Below, piece after piece: positions 1-10,471 of a stretch of 64,000 nucleotides of DNA. The translations under genes were made by a program, and so were the position numbers. The notes under the pieces were generated by a model, which saw only the letters and a list, made by a program, of their open reading frames with translations, searched no databases and had not been told where the DNA came from. Origin of the DNA: an uncultured Bacteroidota bacterium (GTDB lineage: Bacteria > Bacteroidota > Ignavibacteria > UBA10030 > UBA6906); NCBI GenBank assembly GCA_963700635.1, contig CAVOYH010000004.1, positions 224,001 through 288,000 of the forward strand, in the 5' to 3' direction. The stretch's first letter is position 1. Every line of letters starts with the position of its first letter.

Positions 1-534
1 ACGGTTGCACCTCCCCACAGGGCATCCGGAATCGGTACCGACTGCGAGTCATGCCACTCTGCGGCCGCAGTTTCATGGGGCGGTCACTTTGACCATACCC
101 AGACCGGGTTTCGTCTCACCGGGGCTCATGTGGCCGTGCCATGTTCGCAGTGCCATCAAGGAAGAGTGTATGGCGGGCTCTCTGATGCGTGTTCCTCCTG
201 CCATATCCAGCAATACGCCGCGACAACCAATCCCTCTCACACAGGCTCGGGATTTCCCACAACCTGTCAGACCTGCCATGCTACCACCGGCTGGACACCG
301 TCCTCCTTTCAACATGACACATACTTTCCGATCTCCGCGGGCAGCACGCACCGGCCCGGACGGTGGAACGCATGTTCCGATTGCCATGTTTCGGCGGGAT
401 CCGTCCAGCTGTTTTCTTGCTTGAATTGCCATGAGCATGCACAATCACAGGTTGATCCCAAACACACCGGAATCGCCGGCTACCGGTACGATAGCCAGGC
501 ATGCTATTCCTGTCATCCCCGCGGTCGTCAATGA
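1..534 (+). CDS. Multiheme cytochrome c, C-terminal part (runs off the left edge)
   Basis: Frame 1 is open from base 1 and holds seven CxxCH motifs (CESCH, CSQCH, CSSCH, CQTCH, CSDCH, CLNCH, CYSCH), with repeating FxHxxTxFxLxGxH-type spacers. Confidence 0.93.
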   Translation, partial: TVAPPHRASGIGTDCESCHSAAAVSWGGHFDHTQTGFRLTGAHVAVPCSQCHQGRVYGGLSDACSSCHIQQYAATTNPSHTGSGFPTTCQTCHATTGWTPSSFQHDTYFPISAGSTHRPGRWNACSDCHVSAGSVQLFSCLNCHEHAQSQVDPKHTGIAGYRYDSQACYSCHPRGRQ

Positions 535-2120
535 GGTCCAAGCCGCTTTGGGGCGTACTCTTTTTTCTCGCATGGTTTATCAGGCTTTCTGCGGATGCCC
601 AGTGGTCCGCGAACGGGTCGGTGGTCGTTCGTGGACACGTAACTTTTGTTTCCTCCGCCTCTGCCTACCTTGATGTCGGGAAGGACCGTGGTGCGGCACC
701 CGGTGATTCGGTAGTATTTATCCGGGGCGGCCAGGTGCAGGCAGAAGGAACCATTACCGCTGTCTCCTCGGGCTCGTCGGTGGTCCCCGTTAAGGGCGAC
801 GGACTCATCAGAGTCGGAGACAGCGTGCTCGTCCGCCATCAACGACCCGCCGTCAATGCAGAACAGTCTGCAGCCACCCTGACCCGCACGACGCAAGCAT
901 TCCTGGCGCCGCGTGCCGTTACGGGAAGGGTGGCCCTGCAATACATCGGAGCAGGCAGCGTGAAAGAGGGAATATCCACTTCCCAACCAGCTATGGTACT
1001 TCTCCTGAATATCCCTGCACTTTTTGAAAGCGGCCTGAGTATGAGGTTTCATGGCCGGACGGCGAGGGACTTTTCACGGGAACGCTTTTCCGGAAGGGAG
1101 GGTTCGAGGACGTCCACGAGGATCTATGAACTCGCTTTTGCATCGGATGCCCCGGGACGCACGTTTGGCTTCTCGTTCGGCCGGGTGATGTCGCGTTATG
1201 TCTCCGGGCTGGGTTCCTTCGATGGAGCAGAGTTGCTGGTGCGAAAAGGCAATCTCACTGCCGGACTTGTTGGCGGGTTCCAGCCCGATCTCCGGACATC
1301 CGGCATAGATGGAAGACGCCAGACTGTTGCGATTTTTGGCAACATGACGTGGAGCGCTCGCGACAGAACGGGGGGTGATGTTACACTGGCCTATGGCCGC
1401 CAGATGTTCAAGGGGAAACTGGATCGTGATTATGCCTACATCCAAAGTAGCACGCGGATAGGAGAAACGTTATCGCTCTTTCAATCTACTGAGGTCGATG
1501 TGACCGGGATGGAGGGGGAAGTCAGGACGGAGAAATTCCGGCTCACCAATACGTTCTTCACGCTGTCGTATGGTCCCACGCCGTGGTTGAATATTGACGG
1601 AGGGTATGACGCTACGCGAACGGTGTACTACCTCGAATCTATGAATATCCGATCGGACACCCTGATGGATAACTCTATCCGTCAGGGTCTCAGAGCTGGA
1701 GTGTCTGTGCGACTGCCGTTGCGGCTGCGTGTGGGTGGGCGGATGTACGTCAGATCTGCCACCGGTGATCTTCGGGCGTCGCGGACAATCATCGGCATGG
1801 CAGGAATGAGTGACATCGGGCGTACAGGAATTAGCACGAATGTCCAGCTGGCCGGCATCACCGGTATCTATGCCGAAGGAACCAATCTCTCTGCGCGCCT
1901 GAACTATATGTCTGGCGCAGGACTCAATATAGATCTGGGGATTGAACGATATGCGTACACCCTCGTACGAACCGGCGAACAGTCACGTACGCTTACCGCC
2001 AGTGTATCGGTGCAATCCTTGATCGCACAGCGATGGTACCTTCTTGGTGGCTTCGATCAAATCTGGGAAGACGGGATTCCGTTCCAGCGAATCTTTGCTG
2101 AGGTCGGAGTCCGATTCTGA
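531..2120 (+). CDS. Outer-membrane beta-barrel protein, putative cytochrome-associated porin
   Basis: ATG overlaps the cytochrome stop (ATGA). Sec signal peptide, small N-terminal domain, alternating amphipathic beta-strands and a C-terminal Phe (FAEVGVRF) typical of BAM substrates. Confidence 0.8.
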   Translation: MRSKPLWGVLFFLAWFIRLSADAQWSANGSVVVRGHVTFVSSASAYLDVGKDRGAAPGDSVVFIRGGQVQAEGTITAVSSGSSVVPVKGDGLIRVGDSVLVRHQRPAVNAEQSAATLTRTTQAFLAPRAVTGRVALQYIGAGSVKEGISTSQPAMVLLLNIPALFESGLSMRFHGRTARDFSRERFSGREGSRTSTRIYELAFASDAPGRTFGFSFGRVMSRYVSGLGSFDGAELLVRKGNLTAGLVGGFQPDLRTSGIDGRRQTVAIFGNMTWSARDRTGGDVTLAYGRQMFKGKLDRDYAYIQSSTRIGETLSLFQSTEVDVTGMEGEVRTEKFRLTNTFFTLSYGPTPWLNIDGGYDATRTVYYLESMNIRSDTLMDNSIRQGLRAGVSVRLPLRLRVGGRMYVRSATGDLRASRTIIGMAGMSDIGRTGISTNVQLAGITGIYAEGTNLSARLNYMSGAGLNIDLGIERYAYTLVRTGEQSRTLTASVSVQSLIAQRWYLLGGFDQIWEDGIPFQRIFAEVGVRF

Positions 2121-2217
2121 ATATGTTCCTCCGGCCTGCCGAAAAGTGCGGACTGAGTGGTGCGCCCGTTCGGACGCGGCGTTCAACTGGGGTAAATCAA
2201 ACGAGACCTCCTCATCC

Positions 2218-3516
2218 TTGGAAACGCTGATTACCATTATCATCGCCGTTCTCCTGGTTGCGGGAACCGTGTTTCCGTACTACAGGAAATTTCGGCGACG
2301 CGAGGCGGAGGCTCACCAGCGGTGGGGTGATTTGAAGTTGACAGGACTCGACAAGGCCGGGGGTGTGCACCCGCATATAGACGTGCTCGCGTGCATCGGG
2401 TGTGGTGGATGTGTTGATGCGTGCCCTGAGGGGGATGTGCTGGGGGTTGTGGACGGTAAAGCGATTCTGGTGCACGGGGCAAAGTGTGTAGGTCATGGGC
2501 GCTGTGCTGATGCCTGTCCTGTGGGCGCAATTCGTCTGGTTCTGGCCCCTCCGGGCCGCGGTGCTGAACTGCCAATTCTGTCAGAGCAATTTGAAACTAA
2601 CATGCCGGGGATATTCGTTGCGGGAGAGCTGGGTGGACTCGGGCTCATCCGGAATGCAGTCGCACAGGGAGTGTCCGTAGTGCGTTCCGTTGCATCCCGT
2701 CCCAATCGAGCACCTGAAGGGGTGTTCGATGTCGTTATTGTCGGCGCTGGTCCTGCAGGATTGGCCTCTGGACTCGCGGCACAAGAGCGCGGGCTGCGAT
2801 ATCTTGTGCTTGAACAGGAGACCATCGGCGGAGCAATTCTGCATTATCCGCGACGCAAGATCGTACTGACATCGCCATTCGAGCTTCCACTCTGGGGGAC
2901 CGTAAAGTTCACCGAAGTATCAAAGGAGGACCTCCTTGTGCTGTGGGAGCGTGTTCTTGATCGCACTGGACTCGCTGTCAGGACAAGCGAAAAGGTCAAC
3001 GCCATTGTCGCCGGCCACTACGGATACGAGGTGCGGACACCTTCGGGGGTCTATCCAACGTCTGCCGTCGTGCTTGCGGTAGGACGCCGGGGGACGCCCC
3101 GGAAACTCGGCGTGCCGGGGGAAGAACAGGCAAAGGTGATGTACCGCCTTATTGATGCAGGGACTTATGTCGACTGCGATGTCCTGATTGTGGGGGGTGG
3201 GGACAGCGCGATTGAGGCGGCAATCGGTTTGTCGATGCGGATGAAGAATCGTGTCACAATTTCCTACCGAGGAGAGTCGTTCACACGGATCAAAGAGAGA
3301 AACAACCGAGCCATTGCAGAAGCTATCCGCAGAAATCATGTGCGTGTATACTACAGCTCCACTGTGCGGGAGATAGAGGCGAATTCCGTGGCACTCGATA
3401 CGGCGGAGGGATTGATGTCAGTAAAGAACGACATCGTGTTCATATTTGCGGGTGGAGAAACGCCGTTTGATTTCTTACGCAGTGTTGGTGTCGGATTTCA
3501 GACAACAATCGCATGA
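2218..3516 (+). CDS. Membrane-anchored 4Fe-4S ferredoxin fused to a thioredoxin-reductase-like FAD/NAD(P)H oxidoreductase
   Basis: N-terminal TM helix; CIGCGGCVDACP and CVGHGRCADACP; GAGPAG FAD motif; GGGDSA NAD(P) motif. The start is inferred at TTG 2218. Confidence 0.88.
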   Translation: METLITIIIAVLLVAGTVFPYYRKFRRREAEAHQRWGDLKLTGLDKAGGVHPHIDVLACIGCGGCVDACPEGDVLGVVDGKAILVHGAKCVGHGRCADACPVGAIRLVLAPPGRGAELPILSEQFETNMPGIFVAGELGGLGLIRNAVAQGVSVVRSVASRPNRAPEGVFDVVIVGAGPAGLASGLAAQERGLRYLVLEQETIGGAILHYPRRKIVLTSPFELPLWGTVKFTEVSKEDLLVLWERVLDRTGLAVRTSEKVNAIVAGHYGYEVRTPSGVYPTSAVVLAVGRRGTPRKLGVPGEEQAKVMYRLIDAGTYVDCDVLIVGGGDSAIEAAIGLSMRMKNRVTISYRGESFTRIKERNNRAIAEAIRRNHVRVYYSSTVREIEANSVALDTAEGLMSVKNDIVFIFAGGETPFDFLRSVGVGFQTTIA

Positions 3517-3790
3517 GTGGGGCCGAATGCCTGCCACACACCCGCTTGGCCTATCATAATCGCCTGCACGATCTTTACGTCGCGATGTGCAATAGCAGCA
3601 AAGTCGCCTGTTGTTTTTGATGTATTGTCGCCCTCCGAAGGAGACATCCCGGGGTTCGCTGAAGATCAAGTGCACACGGTAAACCTTGTCAAGATTCTGG
3701 GTGGGCTGGCGTCGTGCGCCAGTTCGTTGATCCGGTTGATTGCGGACTTGACTTTTGGTAGATTCAGGCTAACGTGCTGTCGAGAATCGT

Positions 3791-4363
3791 ATGCCCACTC
3801 CCAGATTCAGGAGTATTCGACGAGGGAAGAGCACCGTGCCATCACATCAGTATCAGCCCCGACCCAGATTGATTGGACATTTTCTTCTGCTTTGCTCCCT
3901 TGTTCTTGTTTTAGGGTCATGCGCACCCTGTGAGCCCGATTTTATCGGCAGAAGAGATGAGCATAAACCCGCAGAGTTCTCCATCGTGCTGGGTGAGGGA
4001 GGAGGATTTGCAGGGACGTGGCAGGGGTACACCATCACCGGGAACGGTGTTGTTTTTTCCTGGAGCGGACGTGGTGCGCGGGAGAATGAGCAGGAAATTG
4101 GCCTTCTGGCCCCCGATACGCTCTGCGCGCTCTGGGATGCAGTGCAACCGCTTAGCGCTGTACCCTCAGTGGATTCCTCTGGATCTCTCGTGCAATTCCT
4201 CACGGTGGCCATTCAGGATTCAACAAGAACGTACTCCTGGAGACCACAACTCGGTGTGAACCTGACGAGAACGACGTATCAGGATCTCTATCATCGCTGT
4301 GCTGTGGCGATTCAGACTACCATCACAAATGCAACCAATACTCCGACATCAAAAAAGAAGTGA
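3791..4363 (+). CDS. Lipoprotein with an emfourin (protealysin inhibitor)-like domain
   Basis: Lipobox LVLGSC; motif GEGGGFAG resembles the emfourin GGxAG motif; stops 6 nt before an M4 protease. The true start may be GTG 3836. Confidence 0.55.
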   Translation: MPTPRFRSIRRGKSTVPSHQYQPRPRLIGHFLLLCSLVLVLGSCAPCEPDFIGRRDEHKPAEFSIVLGEGGGFAGTWQGYTITGNGVVFSWSGRGARENEQEIGLLAPDTLCALWDAVQPLSAVPSVDSSGSLVQFLTVAIQDSTRTYSWRPQLGVNLTRTTYQDLYHRCAVAIQTTITNATNTPTSKKK

Positions 4364-4369
4364 GGATCC

Positions 4370-7300
4370 ATGCGAGTCCATCTGAGTGTAATTCTTGCGC
4401 TGTTGATGGTGTGCGGCGGGTACGGAAAAGCAGGGGAGGGGAAGGCGCCGACGTCGTCGGGACAGGTTCGCGGGTTTGACACAAAACACTCACGTCAACG
4501 GATCCCCATGCCCGATCAACGGGCCTTGTTCGAATCCGAGGCGGCGACACTTTCGGAGCGGCTGGCGTCGGCGAAACAGAACCGGATGGATGGGGGAGTC
4601 CGCCTTACAACGACCCAAAGGACCGCAATGGAATCGCTCCGGGGATTGGGCAAAGGAAATGTGTCGATTCACTGGGATGAACTGCTCGGAGTCCCGGTAT
4701 TCGTCCAGGGCCTCCAGGCGACAGGGGGCACAGCAGGCGTGGAACGTATCGTCAGTGATGTTCAGGCACAAGAATCTGCACAAAATTTTCTGCAGGCGAA
4801 CGCCCAGCTTTTCCGGATCGATGATCCCTCCGCCGAGTTCCGCCAGCTCGACCTGACGACGGATGATCTCGGATTCACGCACATCCGGTATCAACAGATG
4901 TATCAGGGCGTGGAGGTCTGGGGACGAGATGTTCGGGTGCACCTGAACCGGGAGGGCGAAGTCGAGAGCTGGAACGGCCGGTATGTTCCGACGCCGGCTG
5001 AACGGGTGTCCGGTATGCAGGGAATAGGTATCGGTCAGGGCCGGGCGATTGCGCTGGAGCGGTTTGGATCGGGCGGAACGGTTACCGCAACGCGGCAGGT
5101 ATTTCTTCCCGATGCCGCAGGACATCTCACGCTGTGCTGGCTTATCACGGTGGAAGGATCGCTTGACCGGAAAAAGGATCTGTTCGTGGAGGTCAGCAGC
5201 GGACGGGTTGTGAAGGAGTACAGCAGGGTCATCATGGATGGTCCGGCAATTGGAAGCGGCACGGATGTAAAAGGAGTTTCACGGGCGCTTAACGTGTATC
5301 AAATCGGCGCTCAGTTTTATATGATCGATGCGAGCAAGCCGATGTTTAACCCTTCCCAGTCGCAGATGCCCAATAGCGCAAAAGGAGCGATCTACACGTT
5401 TGACGCGCAACATGGCGAGAGTAATCTTTATCACATCACTTCCACAAATCAGAACATCTGGGGCGTTGCCCCCGGGGTGTCGGCTTTGTTCACGGGCGGC
5501 AAGGTGTATGACTACTTCAGTGCCGTTCACAACAGGAACGCGATCGACAATCAGGGCGGGACAATGAACTTTGTGGTAAACTTCGCAACGAACTATAACA
5601 ATGCCTTCTGGAATGGCCAGTTTATGGTGTTCGGGAATGGTGACGGATCCATCTTCAGTGATCTGACCGGGGCGGCAGACGTGACTGCTCACGAGATGAC
5701 ACATGGCATCACAGAATGGACGGCAAACCTGCTGTATGAAAACCAGTCCGGAGCGCTGAATGAGTCGTTTTCCGACGTTTTCGGTACGCTGTTTGAATTC
5801 TGGCTGGTCGGTGCGGCAGGGAACTGGCTCATGGGCGAGGATGTGTTTACTCCGGGGACGCCGGGAGACGCTCTTCGCAGTATGTCCAATCCGGGTGGTC
5901 CCGAGGTTCCGCCGTCATCCCGGCAGCCTTCCAGCATGAGTGAGTACGTCAATCTGCCCAACACGGAAGCAGGCGATAATGGCGGTGTTCACGTGAACAG
6001 CGGAATTCCGAACAAGGCGTTCTACCTGTTTGCCACCGCACCCGGAATGACGAAAGAGAATGCGGGGAGAGTATATTATCGCGCGCTGACGACATACCTC
6101 ATAAAAAACTCACAATTTGTGGATTGCCGTCTGGCCGTCATCAAGGCTGCTGAAGATCTCTTCGGGGGTGCGGGGAACGCAACGGCACTTGCTGCTGCCG
6201 CTGCGTTTGATGCCGTGGGGATCATGGCGGGCTCCGGTACGGGCGATCCGCCCAAAGACCCCCCGGTTCAGGGCACTGAGTATCTTGCCCTTGTTGACGT
6301 TTCGAACGGCCGATTGTACCGCTGGACGGTGGGAACCAACACCTTTGCGCCGCTTTCCTCGTCGGGCCTCTCCAGCCGGCCTGCAGTGACGGATAATGGA
6401 GGGCATCTGTTCTATGTCGACCAGCAGAGTAATCTTCATGTCGTACAATCGGATGGGACGAACGATCAAACGCTGTCCAGCTCAGGGGGGTTTAACAACA
6501 TTGCAGTTTCGCGAAGCGGGCGTTACCTGGCTGCGACAACCGTGTTTTCTGAACCGAACATCTATGTCTTCGACCTTGACGACAGCGTCGGGAACACGGT
6601 GCTTCAATTGTACACGCCGACCTATCACCAGGGAGAAACCGCCGCGAGCATCCGTTATCCGGATAGAATCGACTGGACTTCGGATGAATCCAAAATCATG
6701 TACGATGCCTACAATACCACAGTTCTTACCGGGGGTGATACTCTGGGGTTCTGGGATATCAACACAGTCCGTGTAGCAGACGGGAGCATTACGCGTCTGT
6801 TTGCTTCTCAACCCCTCGGGATCAGTATCGGCAATGCGGTTTTTGCATCTAACACCGACAACATCATCGCACTTGATAGAATCGATGAGAACGACCAGGT
6901 GCTCGTCCTGGCTGTAAACCTCAACACCGGGGATGTGGGTATTGTTACGAACAACTACTCCTCTCTCGGGAGTCCGACGTTTTCCGTAGACGACAAGAAG
7001 GTGTATTACCATTATATCGACGATTTTTCGGGTCTGTACGAGGTGTGGTCAGTCGGGCTGGCTGCGGACGGGATCACGGGATCGGGCAACGACAAGATTG
7101 AGGTTGATGGGGGGATATATCCTGTGGCCTTTGCGACTGGCACTCGGCCGACGGATCTTCCCGTTACCGAAAGTACGCCGCCATCATACCTTCTGGATCA
7201 AAATTATCCAAACCCGTTTAATCCCGGAACACAAATCAGATTCCATATCCCGGCGGCGGGCCGGGTCGTCCTGAAGGTCTTCGATGTTCTGGGTCGTGAG

Positions 7301-7444
7301 GTTGTTACACTGGCAGAAGGGTCATTTGCACCGGGTGTGCATACGGTGACATTTGACGCCACAGGATTAGCGAGTGGCGTGTATCTCTCGCGGTTGGAGG
7401 CAGGCGGGGTAGTGCAGACACGCCGGATGATGTTTATGAAATAA
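4370..7444 (+). CDS. M4 (thermolysin-like) zinc metallopeptidase with propeptide, beta-propeller and T9SS sorting domain
   Basis: Signal peptide; FTP/PepSY-like propeptide; NNAFWNG, HEMTH, GALNESFSD and GGVHVNSG motifs; TolB-like repeats; C-terminal QNYPNPFNP domain. Confidence 0.95.
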   Translation: MRVHLSVILALLMVCGGYGKAGEGKAPTSSGQVRGFDTKHSRQRIPMPDQRALFESEAATLSERLASAKQNRMDGGVRLTTTQRTAMESLRGLGKGNVSIHWDELLGVPVFVQGLQATGGTAGVERIVSDVQAQESAQNFLQANAQLFRIDDPSAEFRQLDLTTDDLGFTHIRYQQMYQGVEVWGRDVRVHLNREGEVESWNGRYVPTPAERVSGMQGIGIGQGRAIALERFGSGGTVTATRQVFLPDAAGHLTLCWLITVEGSLDRKKDLFVEVSSGRVVKEYSRVIMDGPAIGSGTDVKGVSRALNVYQIGAQFYMIDASKPMFNPSQSQMPNSAKGAIYTFDAQHGESNLYHITSTNQNIWGVAPGVSALFTGGKVYDYFSAVHNRNAIDNQGGTMNFVVNFATNYNNAFWNGQFMVFGNGDGSIFSDLTGAADVTAHEMTHGITEWTANLLYENQSGALNESFSDVFGTLFEFWLVGAAGNWLMGEDVFTPGTPGDALRSMSNPGGPEVPPSSRQPSSMSEYVNLPNTEAGDNGGVHVNSGIPNKAFYLFATAPGMTKENAGRVYYRALTTYLIKNSQFVDCRLAVIKAAEDLFGGAGNATALAAAAAFDAVGIMAGSGTGDPPKDPPVQGTEYLALVDVSNGRLYRWTVGTNTFAPLSSSGLSSRPAVTDNGGHLFYVDQQSNLHVVQSDGTNDQTLSSSGGFNNIAVSRSGRYLAATTVFSEPNIYVFDLDDSVGNTVLQLYTPTYHQGETAASIRYPDRIDWTSDESKIMYDAYNTTVLTGGDTLGFWDINTVRVADGSITRLFASQPLGISIGNAVFASNTDNIIALDRIDENDQVLVLAVNLNTGDVGIVTNNYSSLGSPTFSVDDKKVYYHYIDDFSGLYEVWSVGLAADGITGSGNDKIEVDGGIYPVAFATGTRPTDLPVTESTPPSYLLDQNYPNPFNPGTQIRFHIPAAGRVVLKVFDVLGREVVTLAEGSFAPGVHTVTFDATGLASGVYLSRLEAGGVVQTRRMMFMK

Positions 7445-7466
7445 TTCTTCCGAAAGGAGCACGGCG

Positions 7467-8538
7467 ATGATACGACAATGGCTTGCATTATGTATGCTGG
7501 TTGTTCTCCTGCAATCACAGACCGTCTCCCAGGGACTTGATTTGGATTCCCTGTACACATCAAAGCCTACGTTGCAGGAACAATCGGCGATACTGGATTC
7601 CTTCCATATCACGCTCAAAGACGGTACCGGGCCGAATGCGCAATGGAGTTTCTACGATCCGTATTTGTTCAGGCCTGACTCGACGGCGCCCTCAGCCTAC
7701 CCCCTGATAAACTCTCTCCGGGTGATTCGGGAACAGCGGTTCTCGCTTCCCATCCCATTTGCAGGAGGGGGCTTACGGTCGTGCCTGCATCTATCAGATG
7801 TGGATCTGGAAGCACGGGTTGAACATCAGCCGGCGGAACCGTACCGCGGCAGGAATCGAGGCGAAAGAATTCCTTGCGAATCGTTTTGTGGAGCAGCCTG
7901 CGACGCATCCCCATGCGGATGTGCAGGCTATCATCGACGAGCTTGCTACGACAACGGTACGGGCAATTGAAGCGGACGCCGGTCCCGACACAACGATTAC
8001 CATTCCGTTGCCGGCCGCGGGTATTCCCGTGACGCTTGACGCAAGCCGGTCTTTCTCGGTGTATGCACCGATCGTGGAATACCGGTGGTGGTGTTCTTCG
8101 CCGTTCATTGCAATTACATCGGCGCGGCCGGATTCAACGATATTTCTTACGCCCGGAGTGTACGTCTGGATGCTTGACGTGAAGAATGCCTGGAATGGGT
8201 ATTCCCGCATCGATACCATGGTGATGAACATAGTTCGTGGCACCACGCACGCCGACGCTGATCGGGAGCTGCCGCAGCGACATCTTCTGCACGGCAATTA
8301 TCCCAACCCGTTTAATCCGGCCACGGAAATTGTTTTTGATCTGGCATCGGCGGAGCAGGTCAGGATAGTCGTACACGATCTTCTTGGGCGGGAGGTGGCG
8401 CTGGTTCTGGATGAGCGCATGGGGCCCGGTCGGCACACGGCGCAGTTCAGGGGGGCTGGGCTTTCCAGCGGGGCGTATGTGTGCCGGATGATGGCCGGTC
8501 AGTACGCGGCCACGCGGAAGATGGTGATTCTCCGGTAG
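7467..8538 (+). pseudogene. Secreted PKD/Ig-like protein with T9SS domain, split by a 1-nt frameshift near 7750
   Basis: ORF 7467 carries the signal peptide. Overlapping ORF 7759-8538 carries VTLDASRS..IVEYRW (PKD-like) and GNYPNPFNP. Removing one base near 7750 joins them. Confidence 0.7.
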
Positions 8539-8566
8539 ATTGGGCGGCTTGTTCATGGGCGGGATG

Positions 8567-8597
8567 TTGCCTTGGCGGACGTACTTTCGTATATTTG
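8567..8597 (+). promoter_or_regulatory. Sigma70-type promoter of tRNA-Ser
   Basis: TTGCCT-17nt-TATATT; TATATTTG also fits the Bacteroidota TAnnTTTG motif. Confidence 0.65.
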
Positions 8598-8609
8598 AAC
8601 GACGAAAGT

Positions 8610-8695
<86 letters not shown>

Positions 8696-8802
8696 ATGTA
8701 CTGTAAGTGCTGTATTATCAATCACTTATAACTCACCTTCTGGCCACGTGTCCAAATCGTGCCCATCTTTCGATGATCTCTAGGGAAAGGTAGGGATACC
8801 AC

Positions 8803-9240
8803 ATGGCCACTCCGAGAGTCACACTCCAATCCAGAAACGTCCGTGGCAAGACGGTCTTCCATCTCGACTACCGGATAAACGGAAAGCGGTTCCGTCCAAA
8901 GGTTGGTACGAGCAAACGAGATGCGGAACTGATCCGGGCAAAAGTCGAACGTGACATTCTGCTGGGGACATACCAGGTGTCGGCCTCTAAGAAGGCCATC
9001 GGACTCGGTGGACTGATTGATGAGTTTCTCGATGCCAGGAAACACTCGATCCGAGAGACATCGCTGCATCGCTACAGGAACTACTTCGACCCGCTCCGCC
9101 ATTACTTCGACAAGTCATTTCCTGCTGTCACGTCCGACGTATCGCTGATCGAAACAAAATACCTACGCAAGTTCATAGATGACGCAGTCGACGGGAGAGC
9201 AATGGGGGGCAAGAAATGGTCCCGCCGGACTGGGAATGAC
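8803..9240 (+). pseudogene. Tyrosine integrase N-terminal fragment (arm-binding and SAM-like core-binding region), truncated by an IS fragment
   Basis: Lies directly downstream of the tRNA. FHLDYRINGKRFR...KRDAE arm domain and ETSLHRYRNY helix; the catalytic domain is absent and replaced by IS3 sequence. Confidence 0.8.
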
Positions 9241-9566
9241 GCGACCATAGGCACTGCCGTCTTGACAATTTCCTTTCGCAGAGCCTCCTCATCGGACTTG
9301 ACCACCGGGTTTCGTCTCTGCGTTGATCTGGGGTGGTCCATGGCACGACAGACACGTCGTTCTGACACCTGGAGTACTGACTGAACCTGAACTGCTGCCC
9401 GGCGCCGTTTGGCCGGGCTCAATATTTTCCCCGGCTGACTTCCTTCAGGATCATGTTATCTAACGTCAGATCGGCCACTGCCTTCTTCAGGCGGCTGTTC
9501 TCGTGTTCAAGCTCAGATAACATTTTTGTCTACAAAATCTTGGACCGAGTTTCGGGGGTCAGGACA
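9241..9566 (-). mobile_element. Internally deleted and truncated copy of the IS3-family element at 13892-15133
   Basis: The reverse complement matches the left IR (TGTCCTGACCCCCGAAACTCGGTCCA), skips about 200 bp of orfA, then matches the orfA end and orfB start (SPAKRRRAAVQVQ...). Confidence 0.9.
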
Positions 9567-9908
9567 GCACAACATCCAACCCTCACCGCACATGGGTTTG
9601 GCGTGTCGATTGACCCCAACAGACCGTGCGGAGAATTGAAGAAGCAGAATCTACTTGAGCAGGCCCGGCAGGAGCTATTGGACGCTCACCTACCCTTCGA
9701 ATATTGCTGCCAGTGGATCGACGAAAATCCGGAACTTCCGGACAAGCGGACCTCATACCACTGGAAACACCAGGTCGAGAACTGGCTCCGAGCGAACCAC
9801 TACAATCCCGATTACATCGGTGAAGGCGTCTTCACATTGGCCGCGATCTACAAGGGCTATAAAATCCACAGGATTCAAGATAGCACGGGAGCGAGGATCG
9901 AACCATGA
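9567..9908 (+). pseudogene. C-terminal fragment of a phage/mobile-element-type hypothetical protein
   Basis: TSYHWKHQVE...YIGEGVFTLAAIYKGY resembles the SYxLKH..Y.xNG.FI.AA..GF pattern of small mobile-element proteins. The 5' end is cut by the IS. Confidence 0.5.
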
Positions 9909-10111
9909 GCGCAAAGTCCAAAAGAATACTCGCACTCCTCACTGATCCGCGATACCGCTCCAAGATTCTCGATAAGCTAAACAAGGACAATGCACCGGAA
10001 GGGAGCCCCATTTCAGGTGGACCGCAGGAGATGACCATCCTCAAGGACATGAACGCGATGGACGAAGCACATGACGCGTTTATGGATTCGCTTAAGGATG
10101 GGGGGAGTTGA
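9905..10111 (+). CDS. Small hypothetical protein (68 aa)
   Basis: ATG overlaps the previous stop (ATGA) and has an upstream GAGG. Confidence 0.5.
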   Translation: MSAKSKRILALLTDPRYRSKILDKLNKDNAPEGSPISGGPQEMTILKDMNAMDEAHDAFMDSLKDGGS

Positions 10112-10140
10112 GTCTGCTGTCCACGGTGTCGGGATTCTGC

Positions 10141-10169
10141 TTGACAATGATGCTGCGTTTCGTTAATCT
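10141..10169 (+). promoter_or_regulatory. Sigma70-like promoter
   Basis: TTGACA-17nt-TAATCT. Confidence 0.5.
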
Positions 10170-10209
10170 ATCGCAGATATTCGCGTTGGGGGCAGAGACG
10201 TGAAGGGGA

Positions 10210-10320
10210 TTGCAGAGAGGGCCTCTCTTGTCCGATGAAGGATGGGAGAGGCTTTCGTCGTTGTTGGTTTGGGTTCCGATGGAACTGCGGAGGGGGTGTC
10301 CCGGGGAGAATTTCTGCATA
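10210..10320 (+). mobile_element. Degenerate IS5-family transposase N-terminal remnant
   Basis: LSDEGWERLSSLL...RRGCP resembles the LSDxxWxxIxPLLP...RGRP start of IS5/IS427-type transposases. Confidence 0.4.
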
Positions 10321-10323
10321 AAT

Positions 10324-10471
10324 CCTTCAATCTCTTCAACTACATCGAGGTCTTCTACAACCAGCAACGCCTGCATTCATCTCTCGTGTACAACACCCCG
10401 ATGCAGATGCTGCAGGAAATAATCAGCACAAAGCGGCTTAACTCGCTGTCTACAAAAGCAGGGGAACTTCA
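10324..10471 (+). mobile_element. 3' remnant of a different IS3-family element
   Basis: LFNYIEVFYNQQRLHSSLVYNTP is an IS3 orfB C-terminus. It is followed by an IR-like end CTGTCTACAAAAGCAGGGGAACTTCA. Confidence 0.75.

Noticed and set aside
3517-3790. Possible ncRNA or small ORF in the intergenic gap (hairpin around 3620-3650)
   Set aside because: Only a short imperfect stem is present, with no recognisable riboswitch or sRNA consensus.
8803-9384. 193-aa ORF as a complete protein
   Set aside because: Its last 47 or so codons are read-through into antisense IS3 sequence; it is a truncated integrase.
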